From: the human T2T-CHM13v2.0 reference genome, Homo sapiens | DNA: 64,000 nt | Assembly: GCF_009914755.1 (NCBI RefSeq) | Contig: NC_060942.1 | Strand: one strand, 5' to 3' | Part shown: one piece after another, positions 29,312 to 45,299 of the stretch | How positions within the stretch are numbered: position 1 is the first letter of the stretch | Layout: each line of letters opens with the position of its first letter | Program-made: the position numbers and the translations under genes | The notes under the pieces: generated by a model | Told to the model about the DNA's origin: nothing | Seen by the model: only the letters and a program-made list of their open reading frames with translations | The model's database searches: none

Positions 29312-31274
29312 TCAGACTTACTGTGTCCTGCGAAGGACCTCTTTAAGAAGCTCTTAGGAATTCCAGGAGCCCCACTAGTATCCTTTTTTATTCTTAGTTA
29401 AGTGCTACAATTCATTAGCATGGATGGGTGGCAGAAATTCTGTCATGACATATTTGCACCAGTAAGCTGAATGTTGAGTTTCTTAAAATACAGCTAGCAA
29501 AAAACAGGGGAGGCAGGAATGCCTGTTTAATAGAGCAGAATCTCCATCCTCCAACCCCAGTTTGAACCTAATATGTTAAGAAATGCTTTACAACAGAGAA
29601 TTACTACAGAGTGTAAAGCACTACTATACTTCATTATGAACTAACAACATTTTTTGTTGCTACCTTTAAGAAACTAATTTTAGTTACATAGTACATATAC
29701 ATAGGTTTAGTGAAGCAGAACGCCCCCACCCAAATATTTTAAATGTAGAATTGATTTGCTAAATAATCTAGGTCATTCACACACACCCCAAAAAAAATCC
29801 ACCCCAAATACTCTAAGTTGTAATGGTTTTATAATGAATTTTTCAGATGATAAAATCTGTGTAAACCAGGGTTTCATAAAAGATAAAACAATGTGACTTA
29901 TTAGCTACAGAACAATGATAAAGCATGCTAGTCTCCAGATATAAATATCACATGAGAAAGCTCCATAATATGATGGTGCTTGTTTCGGCCTTATTGACAC
30001 CAATTGGCAAAAACCATTCTAGCCCATAAATGGTTCCTCAAGTTTATATACCTGTGTCCTCAGATATTATTTGCTGCTACTGATTGTATGTCTTTGGAAA
30101 TGCTGTCCCTCCCCATTTGCATTTGCCAAAGTTGGGTTAAGAGGATTGGATGCCTTGGTGTAACATTTTAAACCCACTCCCTGCTGTGGTCTTTAGATGT
30201 TGGTCTTTAGAGGCACATTTGTTGAGACATGGTTGAATAACGGCACTGCACAACTGCTTTTCTAGAGAATATATCCCATAACAGAATTTCTTAAATTCAT
30301 ATTTTCAGTTATTTGCTACAGAGACATACAGATCCACTTTATTGCACCCTATTATCTACCCCCTACCATGCCTTTGGCACTTTAAAACCTGCTTAGCACA
30401 AGATAAATTATATTTGTACACTTAAACTCTTAGTGTCCTGGGGAGTTTCCAAATATAAAATTTATTTTTTTTAAAGTACATCTTTGAAAACAACCAAAAT
30501 GTGGTGAAACAGTCTTTGAAATGCAACATGGCAGATGGACAGAAAACTTTACTAGCATGATGGATGGGTCCTTTATTTATTCCTCTGTGAATGGCTGCTG
30601 ATCATAATCACTTTTATAGCTTGACTGCAACGAAAAGGATTATTTCTTTTGTCCTGGAATCTCAGGATGAGCATATTTGTTCAGAGGATGAAGGGGACCA
30701 AATTAGACTGAACTACTGGGGCATAATAAATTCACAGCAGTCACAAGCCAATGTTCTTTAATTCTTAAGACACTATCAACTTTAAATATTCTGATCCTCT
30801 CACAGTTAGCTCACTTATCCTTCTGTCCTTATTGAATTAACTTCCTTTTCTTTTACATTGTCTCCTGAGGGGACCTCATTTTAAATCTTTTCAGTTTAAT
30901 TCCATTAATTGGCATTTTGTCTGGTCTCATGTTCTCCTCTTGAGTCTTGAACTTATGTTCCCCTCAGTTCTTAAACTCCTTAGCTATATTTTGCAGCTTT
31001 GAATGACAACTTGCTCCATCTGTAGACAAAGCATGTGCATTCTTATCTTTCACTTCCAGGCTAATGTTTAACAATGAATTCACAATCCTGGCGGTTTATC
31101 AGCCCATTAAGTAAACCAAAATATAGAGTTCCTTGATTTTAAAGCCATCATACTGAAATCCAGGGAAATTGGCTCACTAATTTGAGCATAATTTAAAAGC
31201 TAACAATTCTAAATTATGGTAAGTAGATCCAAATAAGACATATTTATCTTTGCAGGTCCTCCTGCCTACAACTG

Positions 31275-31530
31275 AGACAGATCTAGAGGTCATACTGTCT
31301 TGGGCTTATATCTGTTTCATCTTCACCACTTATTAGCTAAGTAATCATGGGAAGGTTATATACATCTCTAACTCTCAATATTTTCCTCTCTAAAATGGGG
31401 GTAATAATGAAAGTTCATTTTAAACCATAGAGATGTGATGAAGATTTAATAGGATAATTGTCACAGAATGCTTAATATAATGCCTTGCATAGAAAATAAT
31501 CAATGCTAGCTATCATTATTGTCATTACTA
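31275..31530 (+). mobile_element. MIR
   Basis: CTCAATATTTTCCTCTCTAAAATGGGGGTAATAAT..GTGATGAAGATTTAATAGGATAAT core. Confidence 0.7.
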
Positions 31531-32124
31531 TTAAAGTACTATCACACCTATTAGTGGTGTATTTATATCCTTCCTGCAAAGCACATCTAAGTCTCACCTT
31601 ATCCGAACCCTCAGACTCCACATGGAGAATGTCATGTTGGGAAGAAGGCTCTGTACAACTTGTCACTTATTCTGTTCCACTGTTATAGTCATCCCTTCTC
31701 TTTAATTAAACTGCAAATCACTTATGTAGAGAGAATTTGTCATACCTTTTTACAAACCATGCTCAGCACAATGTCTTATTCTCACAAAAAAGGTGGCATA
31801 CTCATCTATTATCAACAATAAAAGTATGAGAAATCAGATATTATTTTCAACTTACTTTTAGAAAGAGGCTAAAACTAGAAGCAGATGGTAGGTTATTATA
31901 GGGAGATGTAAGGATTATTGAGTTAATCAGAGGGGGACAGTTTAGGGAAATAAGAGGAGAGATGAACCTATCTCTTAGCCAGTCTTGATTATCCATAGAA
32001 GATAAAAAGAACAATTGAGTGATAAACAAAAATCATAGTGCTCATTTTCACAAACTTATATTTAATAATTACATGATCCCATTGCATTAAATCATCAAAT
32101 ACTTACACAAAAGATTTGGAATTG

Positions 32125-35100
32125 ACAGTGATGTCTGCACGAGGGCTGACTAGAAGCTCCTAGTGCTCTCCTCCCATGTAAAATAACCCAAAACAATGAA
32201 TAAACAACTACATTTTGCCCAACATATCTAAAGGAGTACCAAATACTAGCAAAGCAGCAGCAGAAATCCTGTAGAACAAGAAATCTAGGATGGCTGCATA
32301 GAGAAGGGCAGGGAACAGCTTGCTTTCGCCACCTACTGCTCTAGTTGAGATCAGCTCAGCACCAGGAGGGACTTCTCTCTGTGGAGAAAAGGTAAGCAAG
32401 AGGACCCCAGAAGCCCCCACCACTGCTGCAGACACCTGCAGTTCTCACAGGCTTGGAGCCCAGCTGAGGGAGTTCCCCAGAGTCTACTTGCCAAGCTACC
32501 CTCCGAGAAGGAGCCAGTGATGCTGTGTCTCCCCTTGTTTGGCCAGTGCTGCTACTGCTCTGTGCCATTTTGGAACTGGAGCCACTGCTACAGTGCATCC
32601 TGCTTCAGAGACAAGTAGCCCTTGCATCCCTCCATCCCTGAGGCTCAGCCTCCGCTGCATTATTCTCACGGACAGTGCATCATCCCCAGACCAAGCTCTT
32701 GCTATTGCCAACTCCCTAAGGTTAAACTTCCATAGAGCCAGTCCCTCCCCACCATCCCAGTCACTGGTGGACCCTCCCTTTATGGCTGACCTGAAGTGTG
32801 CCCTACCCCAAGCACACAGAGCCTCAAACTACCAGAGCAGTCATGCCTCTGGTGTCATAGCTGAGGCAACACCCCAATTCCCAGGGACCTCATGCCTGCT
32901 ACACACCAGACAGTCACCATCTTCAAACCACAAGAATCCAGAAGCTCCACTGGCCCATGTAGCACCACTTTCTGGATCCAACCACATGCGGTGCCTTGCA
33001 TTCCAGGGAATTAGAACTTTGGCTGACCTGTGCCACCCACCCTCCAGAACAAATAACTGCAGCACCCTGCCTCCTAGAACTAGACTAGCTCCCCTAGTAC
33101 AAGCTGCTGAGGCACCCCACTCCTGAGAGCAGTCATCTGTGCTGCTCTCCGACAACTAGGGTCCAAGCCACAGTGGCATCTTGCCATTCTTGGGTCTTTG
33201 CTCCTGCTGCAGCTGGCCTCACAGAGCCTAACATGCTGCCATATCCCACCATCCCAGGTCCTGATTCACCACTGGATGGTACCTCATTTCCTGGAGCCTG
33301 AGTGTGCCCTGTTAGTTCTGCATCATGAATTACATGAATTACAGCTGTTCCCAGGGCTCAAACTTCCAGAGAACTTCTTCCCTGAAGCCATACCAGTGCC
33401 ATGCCCTGCCCTCTACAGTTCAGCACTACAGCTATATCCCAGCCCACTAGGCCTAAGCTGCTAGGTGTGCCTCAGAACAACAGATCCTGGCTTAGTAGAA
33501 TTGCATTCACTAGTGGCTGTGCCTCAAGTCCTTGGTGCTATAGTAGTTTTACAAGACCCCAACCCCAGGAACTGAGATTCATAGCTGCTCTGAGCACCTG
33601 TGCCCTGGATCCCAGTGCTGCTGTGGCTGCCTGTGAGCCATGTGACCCAGAATCCAAGGAGATTCTCTCAGCTAAGATGCACCACTATGAGAAAGACAAG
33701 AACAGGATAATCCCTAAAACCCTGGCCCTAATAATCTAGGCAGCCACCATAATTGCCACAAACTCCTGCAAACTAGATGACTGAGGAACCTCCCATCATT
33801 GCTAACACTGATCACAACTGAAGAAGCCGCACAGAGATAGAGACTACATCACTGCACCCACATGGAACCAAAATCACTGCACCCTGCCCAATGTGCACCC
33901 TCAGGTTCATCTGCAGGTGAAAGTCTTCCCCTATGAAAACTACTTTGCAACATTTGGAAGACTGCACAACCAGATCACAGACATCAAGGCAGAGACACAA
34001 GAAACGTGAAAAAGCAAAGGAACATAATGCTACAAAAGAAACGCAGTAATTCTCCAACAACTGATTCCAAAGAAGTAAAAACTTAAAAATTGCCTGAAAA
34101 TAAATTCAAAATGATGATCTTAAGGAAACCTGGATACAAGAGAATACAAACAGACAATTCAATAAAATCAAGAAAGCAATTCGTTGTCTAAATGATAAAT
34201 TCAACTGAGATAAATATCATCAAAATGAACCAGACAGAAATCTCAGAGCCTAAAAATTCAATCAATAAAATAAAAAATAAAATTGAGGGCTTCAACAACA
34301 GACTAGATAAAGCAGTAAAAAGAATATGTGGACTTGAATATAGGTCTTTTGAAATTATCCAGTCAGAGGGGAAAAAAAGAATAAAAAAGAATGAAGAGAG
34401 CCTATGGGACATTAAGTGAAGAAGTATTTATACTATGGTATTTCTAGAAGGAGAAGAGACAGAGAACGAGACACAAGCTTATTTAATGAAATAATTGCTG
34501 GAAATGTCTCAAGTCTTGGGAAAGATATAGACATCCAAATCCATGAAGCTTTAAGCCTCCCAAATAGATTTATTTGAAATAAGTCCTCTTCAAGGCACAT
34601 TATAATAAAACTGGTAAAAGTCAAAGACAAAGAGAATTTTAAAAGCAGCAAGAGAAAAGCATCAAGTCACATAAAAGTCAGTCCCCACTAGACTGTCAGT
34701 GAATTTCTTTGCAGATACCTTGCAGGCCAGGGGAAAAGGGGATTATGTGATCAAAGTGATAAAAACAAAACAAAACAAAACAAAAAACAAAACTACTCTC
34801 TGCCAAGAATACTATACCCAGCAAATCTGTTCTTCAGAAATGAAGGAAAAATAAGTCATTGACAAGCAAAAATTGAGGGAATTCATTACTACTAGGCCTG
34901 TCTTACGAGAGTGCTTAACGGAGTTCTTCAAGGGAAATAAAAAGATGACAATTGCTAGTATAAATACATATGACATAATAAAACTCACTAGAAGAAGTGA
35001 ATACAAAGTCAGATCCAGAATACTCCAGTACTGCAATGGTGGCATATTAATAATACATACCTCAAGTACAAAAGCCAAAAAGAAAAATGGTCAAAACAGC

Positions 35101-36013
35101 AATAAGTTGTGAAGTATTATATGATGATGTAAATTGTGACATACAAAATGTAAATTGTGTGCATGAGGGATAAAGGTCTAAGGTTTTTGTATGTGACATA
35201 AGTTAATTTGTTATCAGCTTAAAATACAATAAGTCCTCACTTAATGTCATTGATAAGTTATTAGAAACTGACTTTAAAAGAAATGATATATTATAAAACC
35301 AATTTTACCATAGTCTGATCGATATAAACAAGAGTTAAGTTCCCATGGCATATTTCTGGTCATAAAAGCATCACCAAACTTCTAAATAAAGACCCCAAAC
35401 ACTTCTAATATTAAACATTGAAATAAATGTGAGTTAAACATACATTTAAGAAAAATTAATTAAAAACTAAGAGACAATTATTTACCCAATTACTCCAGTT
35501 CAGTTTCACAAGTGGCTAGAGATATTGCATGATCTCTATTATGTTTGAAATCTTAAGAAAGATTCCAAATTACAGAGACAACAAAACAGTGGTTATCAGA
35601 GGTGGAGAGAGGAAGTGGAAACATAGGTCAGAGGATACAAAGTAGCCGATATATAGGATGAATAAGTCTAGAGATCTAATGTACAACATGAGAAATATAG
35701 GTAATAAAATTTTATTATATATGGGATTTATGCAAAATGGGTAGATTTTAGCTGCTCTTATCACAAAAACACAAAAAAACTAGGTAACTGTGAGATGATG
35801 AATGTTAATTTGCTTAAGTACAGTAACCATTTTACTACCTATATATATCCCATAATATGTTGTATAACTTAAATTTACACACTGAAATTTATTAGAAAAA
35901 CAGTTTTGATGAATATGTTCATTTGCTTCACTATAGTAACCTTTTAACTATCTATATGTCCCATAATATTATGCTATATAACTTAAATTTACACAATGAA
36001 ATTTATTACAAAA
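32125..36013 (+). mobile_element. 5'-intact L1MA-type element: GC-rich 5' UTR, decayed ORF1, ORF2 absent, 3' UTR at about 35525-36013
   Basis: ORF1p-like peptides in track ORFs 34192-34419 (NQTEISEPKNSINKIKNKIEGFNNRLDKAVKRICGLE) and 34873 (REFITTRPVLRECL); late-L1MA-like 3' UTR; candidate TSD AAAAGATTTGGAA (32109-32121) / AAAATAATTTGGAA (36010-36023). Confidence 0.8.
35227..35520 (+). mobile_element. MER6-like Tigger-family DNA transposon fragment (one end only)
   Basis: TA followed by CAATAAGTCCTCACTTAATGTCATTGATAAGTT resembles the recalled MER6 terminus. Confidence 0.6.
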
Positions 36014-36847
36014 TAATTTGGAACATAATCTAATACATAATTACATATGTAAATACATTATGTATGTACATAAATACATAACAACCTATCAAAGAGACTA
36101 ATACTCAACTCAGATAAGTGACAAGTGCTTCAGTGATAACATACTAAAATAAAATGCAAAGCTGTATTTCATCACTTGGACTATAAAAATGGTGCTGAAA
36201 GATGGTGTTCTCAAAAAGGTTATGTCCTGGAGAGATCAAATTCTCAAACAGTAATCAACGCTCACCCAGTTTCCTCAAGAATCTCTTGTGGTGACATGGA
36301 ACAAAACTGGATTGATAAGCCTGTTCAACAATCCAATTGTTCTCCACATTTGAAAATTTAAAGGTGGGCTTAGTTCAGGTTATCACAAGTTTAATCTTAT
36401 TTCACCTCCATTTCTGCTCATTAACATATTTTATCAGCATAAAGACAGTAACAGCCAAAAAATAAATTCAAAGGTTTCATATCATCTACTTAGAAAATAA
36501 CAAATTTTTGATATTATAAGTACAACTACTTGGAGATAACATAATTCAGGACTTCGAAATCAGATTACAGAGTCAGAAACTTATAACTTTGAAAGGGTGG
36601 TAAAACAGCTAATATATAAACATAATTAGGAAGAAAAACTAGCAGAATTTCATCCTGGACCAGTCATTTCATAAAGTCAAGCAACAAGGCTAATGAAATT
36701 AGCCAGCAGGACACAGTTCTCAGGTAGGCAAGTCACCTTGGTTTTATCCCCCGGCCCTGCTAAAGCCCAGGGGGCCATGTTACTGTTACTAACAAGGGGG
36801 CTGCATATGCGTAATAAAGACAAACAAAAAAATCTTCTATCATGATT

Positions 36848-37180
36848 ACTATGGTTTAAACATCCCCCCTTTTAAAACTCTTGTTGAAATTAACTGCCAC
36901 TGTGATGGTGTTGAGAGATGGGACATTTAAGAGGTAGAGCTCTCATAAGATGGTCAATGCTCTCATTTCAGGAGTGGTTAATTATAGCAGGGGTCTCCCT
37001 ACTTTTTCTCTCTGTCTCTCATGATTGCTTGTCCTTTGCATTCTGCCTTTTGCCTTCCACCATGGGATGAGGCTCTCACCAGATGCCAGTGCCATGCTTC
37101 CCAGCCTCGAGAAGCATAAGCCAAATAAATTTTGTTACCCAGTTTGTGGTATTCTGTGATAGTAGCAGAAAACAGATTGA
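36848..37180 (+). mobile_element. MST-type (MSTC/D-like) MaLR solo LTR
   Basis: CTATGGTTTAAA..GCCTTCCACCATGGGATGAGGCTCTCACCAGATGCCAG..AATAAAT..GTAGCAGAAAACAGA. Confidence 0.75.
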
Positions 37181-37314
37181 TGATTTAGATGGCAACTTTA
37201 AATGCAGACATCAGAAATGCCAGACCAGGATCACTCCCTTTGGAAATGAAAGAAAAGGAAACAATAAGTAGAAGTTTGAGGATTAAAAAAAAAATCACTG
37301 AAGTAAAAAGTATA

Positions 37315-38120
<806 letters not shown>

Positions 38121-39699
38121 AAACTCCTATCTTGTCAACATTTTTCCTTCAATGAATAATGTGTTCCAATTATTTTACAATCTATATTCTCTTGTGAGTA
38201 ATAGGCTCAGAGATCCAAATGGGAGTAAACTCCAATGCCCCCAAGTTTTCCAGCCCCCAGGGGTTACCTGTCTATTTAATGTCTAGCTAAACAATCTAAA
38301 TTTCAGAGGAAATGACCTCACAAACTCTACACTCTCTACTGGGAATTTGTTTTCTATTATCATTTCTGAGAATCCCACAAGACCACTGATGTTTTTCACA
38401 GATTTATTTTGGTTGTCTTTTACCATAGACCTTGTCTGGAGATTCTCTTCTCATCACTTCTAGCTAGTTCACAGCTGCTTTTTCAGACATGCACACAGTT
38501 TCTCTCCACTGATTTCCCCAAAGCACAGTTAACACAAGTCTATACTTTAAATCTTTTTTAGTTTGTTTGTTTGGTTTAACTGAGGCTTGAATTAACATTA
38601 GAATCTTACAGCTCAGAAATGAAGACCTTATGTGAGATATCAGACATCACTATTCCTAGAGTCTAACAGCCATGTCCCTTTAAGTGCTCATTCCTGGCGT
38701 AACTCTCCGCTAATTTCCTGCCTGATACCACATTGCAGAGATCAGATCATCTTGTATAGGTGGAAGCCCCTTTCCCATGATCTTTCTTCATTAAACCTAG
38801 AAAACCCCATTTTTCCTCTTCTACCCTAGCCAAGAGAAGATCAAAACAGTTACCATTATAAAAATTCATGCAGGGATGCCCTGATACAATTAAATCTATG
38901 GAGAATGATTTAAAGTTGGTACTTTGAACCTTCATCTTAAGCATCCGCATTTGGATCATTTTCCTCACTTGGGGCTTTCCCAGGAGCTATTTGAGAATAA
39001 AGCAAATGAATATTTTTTACCTAGAAAATTTATGAATATGACTAAAAGGCTTGTTCCCAGAATAAATTGAGGGCCTAAAACCTTTCAAGTATCACTTTCC
39101 AGATGACATAATTTTAAGATCAAGGCTCCAACTACAATAGGAAAACATTAGCCTATCTAAAAATGAAGTTTGTTCACACTATTTAGAAATCTACATTGCC
39201 ATTAACATCCAACATCATGAGTCTCAGCCCCACAGAAACCACAGAGACAATCTAGTTTGGCCTCTTCATTTTAATTTGAACCAACTGAAACTTGAAAGGG
39301 TCCCTAAGGTTATTCTGAGAGTCAAAAATAAAACCAAAGATGAAGGACCTGGAGTTTTCAAGCACTGTTCATTGATAACAACACCCAGGATGGTGGTGAT
39401 CTCTGGCTCCTAGAGGTAAGGGGGGTTATTTAGGAAGTACATGACCCTAATACTTTAGGTAGTTTTCTAAATCTCTTCTTACATGAATGCTTCTGTTGCT
39501 TCTAAAAGCTCCAGAAGGTGTACTTCTGGGCATGGGAGGAACACAGAGTGAGAAATATCTGTAATAGAGCTTTCTCTAACACCAAGAAAATATTTCATCA
39601 ACACCCATGTTCAAGAAAAATGTTACATCAACCTCCATGTTCAAGAGCCCTATCATTTCTTGTAATCAGCTAAATCTTATCCTGGATTTCAGTATGCTT

Positions 39700-41475
<1,776 letters not shown>

Positions 41476-43989
41476 ACAGTGAATAACAATATAATTAGTT
41501 CAAATGAAACAAACACAAAATGGAAAGAATCTGTGACCTGGAGTTCCCTTAGTTGGTAAGCACTGCCTTGAATCTAAATGATATTGGACTTTTCCAGGAG
41601 GTAGCTGCTGTCAGTCATTGGATGTTCAGAGGGCTGAATTCAGTTAGATGGCATATCGAACATGTGAAAATCTGTACTAGTTTAAAAAACTAATTTAAAG
41701 CACGAGACTTTTTGTAGAGAATTCATACATAGTGGGTGATTCTGAGAAGAATTTCCTATTACAAAATCTCTAAAAGCAGTTGTGCATTTGGTTAGAAAAC
41801 TCCTGTAAACTTGACCTTGCAAAAAAGGGCATATTTTAGACCATCTATTAAATAAAGTGTACCTGTATTTATACTTTTTCTCTATGAAAACTTTAAAAGG
41901 AAAGGTTTCAAAACATAAATTCAATGTCTGAGTGAATTGGCTGCAGTTTTAAGATCAACAGTAAAAGCTGTCATCTGGTTTGTCAATTATATACAAACTA
42001 AAAGGTCTATGAGAAGGTCTCTACACAAAGGACTTTAATGACTCACAAAAAGTCTACATCAAAGTATGTGTCAAGGAACAGCTAATTAATAAGGGTCTGG
42101 TAAAGAAAGACTGACATTAATGTAAATTAATGACGTTATGGAGTTTAGCAACAATTTGCAGTTGAGGATTTACATAATCAGTCATTATAGTTCCCTGTTG
42201 TCTCTCAGGTCAATAATGTACAGTTTGAAGACATGCTAATACATATTTACTCATTAATCTACAATGCCTTCTAAGAGAGAGGCTGGGTCTCTGGTTGAAT
42301 TAATTCATATTTAAATTATAATAGCAGATAATTGTTTCACAGATTGGAAGAAAAATACATGAACTTAAAGATGTAGATTAAACATTGGTCATTTATAAAA
42401 CTCTCTGTGTTTATGATTAGCGTAGTAAAGACAGCTTATGATCTACCAAACATCATCGTAATTAGAGGCTCAAATGAGGCAGTGTCTCAGATCTCTATTT
42501 GCTTTGGATTGCCTGAAAAGACTGAAGGGTATCTTTGGTGAGCATGGAGGAGGCAGAAGGTGGGAGGTTGGAAAGAAGAGAGAGATTTGTTACATTTTAT
42601 TTGGTCATAGAAGCACAGCAGAATCTCAAAGCAAAATGGCAACAGTGACGAGAACAAGTTATTCCAGGTCCCAGTTATTCTCTGTGACCCTTAAAAGTGA
42701 AAAATCACTAAGTGATAATTGCATTTGACACTTTCAAGTAAGTAGTCTGTTTTTTTTGCTCCCAAGTTACTGTAATCTATCACCAAAATGAATTAGAAAT
42801 AAGGCTTGCTACTTTGATGGGGCCAATCATACTGACCTATTTGTTTACATAAATTCAATACTCCCTAAACAATGTACTAGCCAGAGAGACTTACTCCTAC
42901 TTTTTCCAAGTTCAAATTTCCTATGTGCTATACAGTACTATTTCATAAATATCTAGGGGCTATTCTGCTGCCAAAGTCTTTACAGCCCAACCTAGAATAT
43001 GAAAAATATATGATTAACAGTGACTGTGGTCATCGTTAACATTACTTAAACATGAAAGCTAAGCACTACTTCTTACTGCTAGTGATAGGGGCCAAACCTC
43101 TTCTTTTAAGATCTAAGCAAAATAGTGTAGGCTTATCTCTTAGAAGCTAAACAAAATGTTTTCAGGTTCCCAAATGGCTTATGTTTTGGATGAATGGCCT
43201 TTCCTGCTTTAGTGAGTTTACATAGACCAATGTGAGGAAATTTATCATATCATGATTGAAATGCCTCTTAAACAGGTTGCAAGGCAATGCTGTCACAGCA
43301 TTTGGCTGCACCAACACTTCATTTAGGGATCAGCATTAATCCCTCATTTGCATGGACACTGACTTTGCTCCTCAAATGATATTAATAGTCATTGTAAATC
43401 TACTTTTCACGTGCTATCACTATGCCAAGATATAATGGAATGGGAAAGAATTATATGGGAATTGCTTTGGACAGCTACTCTATGTACAAGGTCAGCATCA
43501 TTCAACGTTCCTGACAGTCAGAATTTGATAGCTTAAAGACAGGACATAGAACATACAAAAAATAATAATTTATTTGCTCAAGTTAAGGAAAGGCTGGTGC
43601 ATAAAAATTAAAACCAGACCATCTCAACTGACTGACTGGTAAAGGCGGCATACTACGTTTTTACATTGTGTGAGAACTTCAAAATCCAGGCAGGAGAGAA
43701 TTTTTGAGGGGATAAAAAAGGGGGTAAAATGTGTAATAATGAATGACTCCTAGGAAAAAAAAAACTGTAATCAAAAGCATTAGATAATTTATAATTAGCT
43801 CTATAAATTTGAAGATTGTGCCCCAGATAAAATGGTTGCATACTATATTAATTAGCCATTTTCAGTTGCAATATAATCCATGTTCAGGACAATGCTTTCT
43901 TAAGAGACAAGTAGGGAAGGGAGAAAATAGGGCAATTTTCAGCCTAAACCCCACAGAAACTTTTTACATAGGTGTTGAAATAATATCAC

Positions 43990-44365
<376 letters not shown>

Positions 44366-44669
44366 TCAGCTGGATATAGGTCTAGGGTGATCATGTACAG
44401 TGGCCATCCTCCAGATTAGTCTTATTTATCCTTAGAGTTCGGAGTTATTTTACTTTTGTTACTCTTCCATAGGATGGATCATGCCTGAGTGCTCTGCCCA
44501 ACCCCTCCACTTCAATCTACTTTTTAAAAGAACTGTTCTCTAAAATAGGTCTAAAGAGTAGCTCTCAAAATCCATAGAAGTGTGTATTTCCTGACTAGGT
44601 GGATTCGTTTGTGGCAGATCAATGCACACACTATGAACAACTATATGTAAATACAAAATACAAAAGTTA

Positions 44670-44966
44670 TTTTTTTTTTTTTTGATACAAGGTCTTGCAC
44701 TGTCACCCATGCTGGAGTGCAGTGGTGCAATCATGGCTCACTGCAGCCTTAACTTCCTGGGCTCAAATGATTCTCCCATCTCAGCCTCTGGAGGAGCTCG
44801 GACCACCTGTGTGTATCACCATACCTGGCTAAATTTTGTATTTTTTGTAGAGATGGGGTTTCGCCATGTTGCTCAGGCTGGTCTTGAACTCCTGGTCTCA
44901 AGTGATCTGCCTGCCTTGGCCTCCTAAAGTGTTGAGATTACAGGCATGAGCTACCATGCTCAGCCC
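44670..44966 (-). mobile_element. AluJ
   Basis: J-type text CACTGCAGCCTTAACTTCCTGGGCTCAA; TSD core AAAGTTAT on both sides. Confidence 0.9.
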
Positions 44967-45299
44967 CAAAGTTATCTTCTAAAGGGTACCAGAGAGTTCC
45001 CTAAGCAAGGAGTATGAGGGGAGTTGAGATTCCATACAGAAGAGAATTGCAGTCAGCAGTTTTTCCCTGGAGGCACTTGCCCATTTTGAGTGTGGGATAG
45101 AGGCTGTGCATCTAAGATTTATCTGGGTAGAGAGTCAATGCAGGGGATAGAGAAACCGTGAAGGCTCCCAAAGGGTTTATGGAGGTGGGGTGATAAAACT
45201 GGATAGTTGATTGACCTCTAACCTCTGCTCAATTCTGAAGGTACACAAAGTGGGAGAATAAATAGCTAAGTCACAGACCTCTGAGAAGCAGAGTCGAAT

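Noticed and set aside
32539-33739. Long GC-rich ORFs (195, 104 and 112 aa) as a novel gene
   Set aside because: They lie in an L1 5' UTR, where stop codons are rare by composition, and show no recognisable domain.
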